From: Calditrichia bacterium
GTDB taxonomy: Bacteria > Calditrichota > Calditrichia > JAJRVZ01
Assembly (NCBI GenBank): GCA_963796965.1
Contig: CAWCNS010000001.1
Coordinates: 1 to 14,783, forward strand
Length of the DNA: 14,783 nt
Direction of reading: 5' to 3'
Position 1 is the stretch's first letter, and the number at the start of each line of letters is the position of its first letter. A program made the translations under genes and the position numbers. Below are positions 8,008 to 14,783 of this stretch, piece by piece. The notes beneath the pieces are model-generated. The model searched no databases and was not told the origin of the DNA. It saw only the letters and a list, made by a program, of their open reading frames with translations.

Positions 8008-8659
8008 TGCATGGTTAATATTTCAAAAAGATATATTGCAGGAGTTTAAAACACGTTTCGCCATTAATGCTATTTTGCTTTTTGCTCTGGTGACGCTTGT
8101 TGCTGTTTCATTTTCAATTGGTACATTCAATGCCAGTAACGACATTAAATCAGCCTTGCTATGGATTATAATATTTTTTTCTGCGATGTCGGGACTTTCG
8201 CATATATTTGTTCGGGAGGAGGAAAAGCATACCGCTGATACCCTAAAGTTAATCGCACAGCCAACAGTATTTTATTGGGTAAATTTATTTTCAACCTGTT
8301 TTTACTTTATCTGTTTGAGTTAATTACAGTCCCTCTTTTTTTTGCTGTGATGAATTTTAGTGTTGAGGGTGTCGGCATTTTTTTTAGTGTGATCTTATTA
8401 GGTAGTTTTGGTCTCTCAGCTGGTGCAACTATGACGGCGGCGATAATATCAAAGGCCAGTGCAAAGGGTGCATTGTTTGCGGTCCTTTCTTTCCCTATAT
8501 TACTACCTGTAATTATTGCCGGAATAAATGGGACTAAGATTAGCTGTTCAACATAGTGCATTTTCTGAAGCCAGTGGTGAGATACAGATGTTGTTTTCTT
8601 ACTCTGTCGTGGTTTTAACGGCTGCTATTCTTCTCTTTGATTTTGTGTGGAATGAATAG
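8000..8659 (+). pseudogene. ccmB: Heme exporter membrane protein CcmB; two apparent, mutually compensating frameshifts as sequenced
   Basis: Three segments: MHNAWLIFQKDILQEFKTR...LKLIAQP (8000-~8263); (NS)ILLGKFIFN...LFAVLSFPILLPVIIAGINGT (~8263-8538, -1 frame); LAVQHSAFSEASGEIQMLFSYSVVVLTAAILLFDFVWNE* (8540-8659, original frame). Joined they give 219 aa, a normal CcmB length. Confidence 0.9.
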
Positions 8660-8667
8660 ATCAATGC

Positions 8668-8815
8668 AATTCTAAATTAAGAATTATTAATTTTGAATTG
8701 TTACTATATATATTAATAAATTTGGAAAAATAGAGAGGACTAGTGTCAGGAATCTTGAGATTAGGGCCTGAAAATAAATAAACTTATAATTAATAATTTA
8801 GAATTTATAATTGTT
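8668..8815. repeat. Inverted pair of 7-nt-period arrays, (AATTNNN)x5 ... (AATTNNN)x5, around a hairpin core
   Basis: Left 8668-8702: AATTCTA AATTAAG AATTATT AATTTTG AATTGTT. Right 8781-8815: AACTTAT AATTAAT AATTTAG AATTTAT AATTGTT. Core hairpin TCAGG-AATC-TTGA-GATT-AGGG-CCTGA (8746-8771). Confidence 0.75.
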
Positions 8816-8816
8816 T

Positions 8817-9479
8817 ATGATGAATAGAATTTGGCAAATTGGTTTATTTTTCTGGTTATCCCTGGTAACTGTATCTGCTTTTTTATGGGCGCCGTTGGCG
8901 GAGGGCCTGGGTGAGTATACCCGAATTCTCTATTTTCATGTACCAGTGGCCTGGGTTACTGTATTGGCTTTCTTGATAGGTGCCATTTTTAGTATTATGT
9001 ATCTGAGAAAACGTGACATCTTTTATGATCGGGTTGCTGAAGCGGCAGGTCAATTGGGATTGGTGTATTGTATTCTTGCAACTGTTACCGGTTCTATCTG
9101 GGCAAAAGTTAGTTGGGGCTCCTTCTGGAATTGGGACCCACGTGAGACTTCAATCTTTATTCTGCTTCTGATTTATGCTGCCTACTTTGCACTACGATCT
9201 GCTATCGAACATGAAGAGCGAAAAGCAGCTCTGGGTGCGGTATATTCCATATTAGCATTTGTAACGGTACCATTTTTTGTATTTATTGTGCCGCGTGTTT
9301 ATTCAACCTTACATCCAGATCCATTGATTAATACACAAGCTAAGATTAATATGGATGGTAAAATGTTAATGACTTTTCTTTCATCCCTATTTGGGTTCAC
9401 CGTTTTATTTTTCTGGATTTTTGTGAAGAAGATCGATCTTATCAAAATAAGGCTAAAGTTAAGAAAAATGGAGTTTTAA
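8817..9479 (+). CDS. ccmC: Heme-handling membrane protein CcmC
   Basis: YFHVPVAW, WWD domain WAKVSWGSFWNWDPRET and TLHP (both conserved His present). Start is ATG 8817 or 8820. Confidence 0.95.
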   Translation: MMNRIWQIGLFFWLSLVTVSAFLWAPLAEGLGEYTRILYFHVPVAWVTVLAFLIGAIFSIMYLRKRDIFYDRVAEAAGQLGLVYCILATVTGSIWAKVSWGSFWNWDPRETSIFILLLIYAAYFALRSAIEHEERKAALGAVYSILAFVTVPFFVFIVPRVYSTLHPDPLINTQAKINMDGKMLMTFLSSLFGFTVLFFWIFVKKIDLIKIRLKLRKMEF

Positions 9480-9635
9480 ATGGAACCAATTTACTTAGTC
9501 CTGGTTATAATCCTAATTATATGGGCCGGGATATTTGGTTATATGATATATTTGGATAAGGAAATAAAAAGTTTGTCAAAGAAGTTAAAAAAGTTAGAAG
9601 AAAAACATAAGTTAATAAATACAGATAAATTTTAA
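9480..9635 (+). CDS. ccmD: CcmD-like small membrane protein (not in the ORF track)
   Basis: 51 aa: MEPIYLVLVIILIIWAGIFGYMIYLDKEIKSLSKKLKKLEEKHKLINTDKF, one TM helix plus a charged tail. The ATG directly follows the ccmC stop, and the ORF lies between ccmC and ccmE. Confidence 0.85.
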   Translation: MEPIYLVLVIILIIWAGIFGYMIYLDKEIKSLSKKLKKLEEKHKLINTDKF

Positions 9636-9646
9636 GGATAACTTAC

Positions 9647-10018
9647 ATGAAGTCTAAATATATATTTGGGATTATAATCATTGTTGGATTTATTATCTGG
9701 GCCGGTGTTTCATTTAATAAAACCCTCACCCCATATGTAAGCATTGCCGAAGCCAAAACAAGTACTTCGGTTGTTCAGGTTAAAGGAAAACGTGCTGATA
9801 ATGGAAGTTTTGATACCCAAAACAATTTATTCAAGTTCAATTTAATTGATGAAAAAGGTGAACGAATAACGGTCGTTTATGATGGTACCAAACCAGGTAA
9901 TTTTGAACAAGCGACAGAAGTTGTTTGTGTGGGACAGTACGAAAATGGGACATTTGTAGCGAAGGAAATACTAGTAAAATGTCCATCCAAATATACCGAG
10001 GAACAATCTAAAGTATGA
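9647..10018 (+). CDS. ccmE: Heme chaperone CcmE, CxxxY variant
   Basis: N-terminal TM anchor, V-x-Y-x-G-x-x-P-x-x-F core (VVYDGTKPGNF) and ILVKCPSKY. RBS AAGGA upstream. Confidence 0.93.
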   Translation: MKSKYIFGIIIIVGFIIWAGVSFNKTLTPYVSIAEAKTSTSVVQVKGKRADNGSFDTQNNLFKFNLIDEKGERITVVYDGTKPGNFEQATEVVCVGQYENGTFVAKEILVKCPSKYTEEQSKV

Positions 10019-12246
10019 TTTTTGGAATAACGGCAAGTGCCTTAACTTTTCTTGCCTTTATAATCTGTCTGACAAGCTACTACATATACCACAAAAATAA
10101 TCAGCACGCATATCTTCTTCTGGGGCGAACAACTTTTGCATTTGCCTCAAGCCTCATATTCGTCCTAGCGGTTATCCTAATGTGGGGATTGCATACCCAT
10201 CAGTTTCAATGGCAGTATGTTTTTAGTTATTCATCCAGGGATTTGAATTCATTTTATCTGACATCAACTTTCTGGGGTGGGCAGGAAGGTACTTTTCTGC
10301 TATGGCTTTTGTTGGGCAGTCTCTATGGCCTTTTTATAATAAAACGCCGCGTAAAGGACGAGTCTCTCGTTATGAGTTTTCTTGTCCTGGTCCAGGCATT
10401 TATTGCCATTATCCTCATCAAAAAGAATCCTTTTGTTTATGTCTGGGATGTTTTTCCCCAGCACTTCGCTTTCGGGGAGGTACCCCTTGATGGCAGAGGA
10501 TTAAATCCACTCTTGCAAAACCCTTGGATGATTATTCATCCCCCGATTTTGTTTGTTGGGTATTCATCGACATCAATTTTGTTTGCCTTTGCAATGTCCG
10601 CTTTGGTTAAAAGAGATTATGGAAATTGGATAAAACAAGTGTTCCCTTATGCGCTATTTGTTTCCCTTGCTTTAGGAACGGGTATTATTCTGGGAGGGTA
10701 TTGGGCTTATACAACCTTGGGTTGGGGAGGATACTGGGGTTGGGATCCCGTTGAAAATAGTTCGCTTATCCCCTGGTTAACCTCACTTGCTTTTTTACAT
10801 ACTTCAATTATTCAACGGCGACAGGGAGGATTAAAAAAGACAAATATTTTTCTAGCCTTGCTAACATTTATTCTTGTCCTTTGGGGTTCTTTTCTAACAA
10901 GAAGTGGCGTTTTGTCAGATTTTTCTGTTCATTCCTTTTCAGAAAGCGATTTAAATTCGTATTTAATTGCTTTTGTTATATTGTTTGGCGGTTCTGCTTT
11001 TTTATCCTTTCTATATTATACAAATAAAGTAAAGTCAGAGCGTGTTGGATCCTATCTTTTTGCACGGGAGAGTTTTATGCTTTTTGGTATGCTGGCTTTG
11101 ATTCTCTCGGCAATATTTACCTTTCTCGGTACATCTGCCCCACTTTATACGGGTTGGTTTAGCGATAAAGCTTCAGATGTGTCACTGGAATATTATAATC
11201 TCTTAAATGCACCAATTGCGATCATCCTTGGATTTTTTATCGCTTTCTCTCCTGTATTAAGTTGGAAACGTCAGAGCGCTGAAAAACTCAAAGGTATGCG
11301 TTGGCAGATCATTGCCAGTATGCTTATTACTGTGGCAGCTTATTTTCTGGGTTTGAATGATCCTGTTCCGTTAATAATATTTGCTGTTTTCGTATTGGCG
11401 ATTCTGATAAACGCAGGTATTGTAATCCAGCTCTTGAAAAAAAAATCTATTCAATTTGGCGGTTACCTGGCTCATGTAGGGATAGGGTTGATGATGATTG
11501 GTATCATTACTTCGTCTGTTTATGAAAGAATCGAGAAAGTCACTTTGCCAATTGGTACCTCAAAATCAGTTTTGGGCTATGATATGATTTACACCGGATT
11601 CCGCCTCTCTGAAGATGGTAAAGATGCTGCAGTTGTCGAAATTGCCAGGAATGGTTCAAAACTCCTTGAAGCAGAACCAAAATTTTATTGGAGTGAATTT
11701 AACCAGGCATATATGAGAAATCCCTCAGTTCATAATTTATGGATTAAAGATCTTTATATTTCACCGATTCAATTGATACCCGCAGAAAATTCCGGAAGTG
11801 GTGTTACGGTTACCTTAACTGAAGGTGTTGAATTATACTTCGAAGACTTTGTTTTAACATTTACAGGCTATGAAATGAATGCGCATGAAGTTGATGAGGG
11901 GGAGATATTTATTCAGGCGATTATTAACGGAAAGGGGCCGTCGGGAAACTTTACGATTCGTCCGGCAATAAAAGTTGTTAATCAGAAGAAATCGATAATT
12001 CTGGTGAATCTTGCGGATACGGATAGAAATGTTCAGATTGAGGATATCAATATTGAAGCAAAATCAATTGTTTTAATGATAGATAATATTGTCGATGGAT
12101 CCGCAGGTTCTAATGAGAATAAAGAAATGCTTGCAATAGAAATAACCGAAAAGCCACTCATTAATCTGCTCTGGTTGGGTACAATTCTTATGATATGTGG
12201 ACTGGTTGTTTCTATTACGAATAGAACAAAGTATAAACCATTCTAA
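10015..12246 (+). CDS. ccmF: Cytochrome c heme lyase CcmF
   Basis: WGGQEGTFLLW, GLNPLLQNPWMIIHPP, WWD domain WAYTTLGWGGYWGWDPVENSS, AFLH, SVHSF, YLAHVG and KPLINLLWLG. ATGA overlap with the ccmE stop. Confidence 0.96.
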   Translation: MIFGITASALTFLAFIICLTSYYIYHKNNQHAYLLLGRTTFAFASSLIFVLAVILMWGLHTHQFQWQYVFSYSSRDLNSFYLTSTFWGGQEGTFLLWLLLGSLYGLFIIKRRVKDESLVMSFLVLVQAFIAIILIKKNPFVYVWDVFPQHFAFGEVPLDGRGLNPLLQNPWMIIHPPILFVGYSSTSILFAFAMSALVKRDYGNWIKQVFPYALFVSLALGTGIILGGYWAYTTLGWGGYWGWDPVENSSLIPWLTSLAFLHTSIIQRRQGGLKKTNIFLALLTFILVLWGSFLTRSGVLSDFSVHSFSESDLNSYLIAFVILFGGSAFLSFLYYTNKVKSERVGSYLFARESFMLFGMLALILSAIFTFLGTSAPLYTGWFSDKASDVSLEYYNLLNAPIAIILGFFIAFSPVLSWKRQSAEKLKGMRWQIIASMLITVAAYFLGLNDPVPLIIFAVFVLAILINAGIVIQLLKKKSIQFGGYLAHVGIGLMMIGIITSSVYERIEKVTLPIGTSKSVLGYDMIYTGFRLSEDGKDAAVVEIARNGSKLLEAEPKFYWSEFNQAYMRNPSVHNLWIKDLYISPIQLIPAENSGSGVTVTLTEGVELYFEDFVLTFTGYEMNAHEVDEGEIFIQAIINGKGPSGNFTIRPAIKVVNQKKSIILVNLADTDRNVQIEDINIEAKSIVLMIDNIVDGSAGSNENKEMLAIEITEKPLINLLWLGTILMICGLVVSITNRTKYKPF

Positions 12247-12283
12247 AAGAAGAGCGTTTGTATGTAATGTTCTTATTCTTTTT
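12245..12283. terminator. Possible weak bidirectional terminator between convergent genes
   Basis: AAGAGCGTT (12250-12258) / AATGTTCTT (12266-12274) stem with two G-U pairs, flanked by A-rich and T-rich runs. Confidence 0.35.
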
Positions 12284-12767
12284 ATTTAATTCCCCTTTTG
12301 TCAGTTCGTGCTTTTAATTTTTCCTCTTTCTTCCTATCTTGCTTCTCTTTGAAAGACTCTTCAAATTTACTCTTTTTGCCTGGCTCATTTAAATCAGATC
12401 TCTTTTTTCTGGGGATGCCCTCCGGCACCTTCTCATCCGGAACGAGTTCTTTACGTAACTCCTGAATTTTATTTCGAACTTTCTCAAGGGTCTTAACCCA
12501 TTCTTCAGGATTCTCATTTAAATTGACCAAAGTCGAATCAATTTGATCTGATGTTATATTGTATTCACGAAACACCTCATCGAGCAAACGATCATGATGT
12601 TCTTTATTGATTTCCATTTCATAAATTATTAGAAGTCGGGCATAAATCTCTATAAATTTTTCGTTATCTATGGTTGTTTCAGCTTTTTCTGAACAAGAAA
12701 TCAGAGAAATTAGAAAAAAAAGGAAAAAAATTTGTAATTTAGGGAACGAATTTAGAATTAATAACAT
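12282..12767 (-). CDS. Putative lipoprotein, DUF4296-like helical protein with a Lys/Glu-rich tail
   Basis: Hydrophobic stretch ending in a lipobox-like LISC (Cys codon 12695-12693). IDNEKFIEIYARL...VFREYNIT...NENPEEWVK resembles DUF4296 proteins (from recall, not searched). ATG 12767 gives a normal signal-peptide length; the ORF track start is 12818. Confidence 0.65.
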   Translation of the reverse strand: MLLILNSFPKLQIFFLFFLISLISCSEKAETTIDNEKFIEIYARLLIIYEMEINKEHHDRLLDEVFREYNITSDQIDSTLVNLNENPEEWVKTLEKVRNKIQELRKELVPDEKVPEGIPRKKRSDLNEPGKKSKFEESFKEKQDRKKEEKLKARTDKRGIK

Positions 12768-12804
12768 ATAAAAAATAAACTTAATTTTAATTATTTCGTT
12801 AATA

Positions 12805-12843
12805 TTATTTGTATTCATTAAAATACTAAATGAATATAAATAA
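12805..12843. promoter_or_regulatory. 15-bp inverted repeat in the divergent intergenic region
   Basis: TTATTTGTATTCATT (12805-12819), 9-nt spacer, AATGAATATAAATAA (12829-12843); 14 of 15 positions are complementary. Confidence 0.5.
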
Positions 12844-12915
12844 AAAAATTGGAAATTATAAAATATATATTATCCCTTTCAGGGTGATGATAAATATTTT
12901 TTACGGAGCTCACAT

Positions 12916-14783
12916 ATGAGATCAAAATTTATTTTCCTGCCCATCATCATTTTTGTATTTACAGTAAATGCTCTTTTCGGCCAGTTTGGTCAGAATAAGA
13001 TTCAATATAAAGATTTTAACTGGCGGTTTATCCAATCTGAGCATTTTGATGTTTATTTTTATGATGGCGGTTATGATATCGCCATTTTTACTGCAGAGGT
13101 CGCTGAATCGTCATATGTGTCCTTGAAAAATGACTTTTCCTATGAAATTGCCGAAAGAGTTGCTCTGATTACTTACAAATCGCATAACGATTTCCAGCAA
13201 ACAAATGTTGTGGGCTCTTTTTTGCCAGAAGGTGTTGGAGGTGTTACAGAATTATTTAAAAACCGTGTAGTTGTGCCTTATGAAGGATCCTATAGTCAAT
13301 TCAGGCATGTCATTCACCATGAAATGGTTCATGCAGTAATGAATGATATGCTTTATGGTGGCTCAATTCAATCTCTGGTTACGGGTCAGGTATCTCCCGT
13401 CCCGCTGTGGTTTTCTGAAGGGCTCGCCGAGTTTGAATCCATGCGTTGGGATACCCGACTAGATATGGTTGTCAGGGATGCCACATTGACGGGATATTTG
13501 CCTCCTATTGATTTCCTTGACTATTTCCCTTACCAGGGAGGGGCAAGTGTATTTCGCTATATTGCACAAAAATATGGTAACCAGAAAATTGGTGAGATCC
13601 TGAATAAAATAAAGGGAAGTTTCAATTTTCAGGCTGCTTTTAAATCTGCCATCGGAATTGATTTTAGGGAATTAACTGAGGCATGGCAATTAAAAATGAA
13701 GCGAGAATATTGGCCGGATATCGCTGACAGAAAAGAGCCGGGTGAGATTGCTGAGGCTTTAACAGATCACCGGGATAATAATAGTTTCTTTAATTCCAGT
13801 GCTGCCATCTCTCCGCAAGGTGATAAAATTGTTTTCCTATCCAATCAGGATGGTAAAATGTCTGTTTACCTGATGGATGTTATTGAGGGTGAGATTATAA
13901 GAAAGTTGATCAAAGGTGAAGCAGATGTGAATTTCGAAGAGTTGCATTTTCTTGAACCAGGATTCGGTTGGTCTCCAGATGGAAAAAAAATTACCTTAGC
14001 TGCTAAGTCTGGTGGTACGGATGCTATATATATCTATGATCTTGAGAAAAACCGCTATGAACAATTTAAATTTGATTTGGATGGTATGTTTTCAACGGCC
14101 TGGTCACCAAAAGGCGATGAGATTGCCTTTGTCGGAACTAAAGATGGAGCAGCAAATATATATCTTTTTTCATTAGAGACAGAGGAGATAACCAATGTGA
14201 CAAATGATGTATTTTCGGATGCAGATCCCGCCTGGTCTCCGGATGGGGAAAGGCTTGTTTTTACTTCTGATCGGGGTTCAAATATCGACAGTCGGTATTC
14301 ACCGAGTGAGTTTGATATGTATCGTCATGATTTCGAGAATGAAGATATATATGTTATAAATCGAGATGGCAGTAATTTAATACGAATTACTGACACGAAG
14401 GTCGCTGAGGGACATCCGATTTTTGCTCCAGACGGTGAAAGAATTGCTTATTCATCGGAGCAAAATGGAATTTCTAATATCTTTATTCATAATATCGAAA
14501 GCGGAGATAATTGGCCGATCACCAACTTAATAACCGGTGCATTCCAGTTGTCATGGGATAAGAATGCTCAAAAACTTGTGTTTACCTCTTTTTATCGTGG
14601 TGGATATGATATCTATATGATTAAAGATCCTCTTAATCTGGAGCCCATGAAACTAGAATTTACGGAATATTTTAAACGTCTGAAAAAAGGAGATGATGTA
14701 TATCTTGTCTATAACACCAAGTCCTATAAAGATGACGATGAAGGTGCTGAGAAGGGGGGCAATGCACCAACAGGGGCAGATTT
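12916..14783 (+). CDS. Exported gluzincin-type (HEXXH) metallopeptidase domain plus TolB/PD40 beta-propeller protein; truncated by the window end (not in the ORF track)
   Basis: Open for more than 620 codons from ATG 12916 (GGAG upstream). Signal peptide MRSKFIFLPIIIFVFTVNALFG-QFGQNKIQY; HEMVH (13318-13332) followed by WFSEGLAE; repeats ISPQGDKIVF, WSPDGKKI, WSPKGDEIAF, PAWSPDGERLVFTSDR and FAPDGERIAYSS. Confidence 0.9.
   Translation, partial: MRSKFIFLPIIIFVFTVNALFGQFGQNKIQYKDFNWRFIQSEHFDVYFYDGGYDIAIFTAEVAESSYVSLKNDFSYEIAERVALITYKSHNDFQQTNVVGSFLPEGVGGVTELFKNRVVVPYEGSYSQFRHVIHHEMVHAVMNDMLYGGSIQSLVTGQVSPVPLWFSEGLAEFESMRWDTRLDMVVRDATLTGYLPPIDFLDYFPYQGGASVFRYIAQKYGNQKIGEILNKIKGSFNFQAAFKSAIGIDFRELTEAWQLKMKREYWPDIADRKEPGEIAEALTDHRDNNSFFNSSAAISPQGDKIVFLSNQDGKMSVYLMDVIEGEIIRKLIKGEADVNFEELHFLEPGFGWSPDGKKITLAAKSGGTDAIYIYDLEKNRYEQFKFDLDGMFSTAWSPKGDEIAFVGTKDGAANIYLFSLETEEITNVTNDVFSDADPAWSPDGERLVFTSDRGSNIDSRYSPSEFDMYRHDFENEDIYVINRDGSNLIRITDTKVAEGHPIFAPDGERIAYSSEQNGISNIFIHNIESGDNWPITNLITGAFQLSWDKNAQKLVFTSFYRGGYDIYMIKDPLNLEPMKLEFTEYFKRLKKGDDVYLVYNTKSYKDDDEGAEKGGNAPTGAD

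Noticed and set aside
8255..8290. Programmed ribosomal frameshifting in ccmB or radC
   Set aside because: No X-XXY-YYZ slippery heptamer with a stimulatory structure at the junctions, and two shifts per gene would be needed.
7976..8556. ORFs 7976-8323 and 8275-8556 as two independent genes
   Set aside because: They are consecutive fragments of one frameshifted ccmB (8000-8659).
2998..8815. CRISPR array or IS/MITE interpretation of the heptamer elements
   Set aside because: No 23-50 nt repeats with unique spacers, no transposase, no shared terminal sequence between the two elements and no clear target-site duplication.
248..10490. Short alternative-frame and antisense ORFs in the track (248-496, 427-696, 1459-1707, 1930-2118, 2326-2526, 3312-3512, 4225-4647, 5568-5759, 6366-6581, 6973-7197, 7399-7620, 8307-8561, 10302-10490)
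   Set aside because: All overlap well-supported genes and show no family motifs; they are expected shadow ORFs.

Overview
AT-rich bacterial chromosomal window, almost entirely on the + strand. The gene content suggests an FCB-group/Calditrichota-like organism, but that is inference only. It has four blocks. (1) A B12 acyl-CoA mutase cluster: meaB, split large and small mutase subunits, radC, a pccB-type carboxyltransferase and an Aur1/PAP2-like membrane enzyme. The mutase carries the Phe/Gln isobutyryl-CoA-mutase signature rather than the Tyr/Arg methylmalonyl-CoA-mutase signature. (2) A stand-alone excisionase-like HTH gene with a near-consensus sigma-54 promoter and a strong terminator. (3) A cytochrome c maturation operon ccmABCDEF of the System I* type (CcmE CxxxY, no ccmG/H here), including a ccmD missing from the ORF track. 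(4) A convergent lipoprotein gene and a divergent, window-truncated HEXXH metallopeptidase/TolB-like propeller gene. radC and ccmB each show apparent 1-nt frameshifts. The most unusual signal is in two intra-operon spacers (2998-3145 and 8668-8815). They have unrelated sequence but the same architecture: a 7-nt-period array, a short hairpin core, then a complementary 7-nt-period array.
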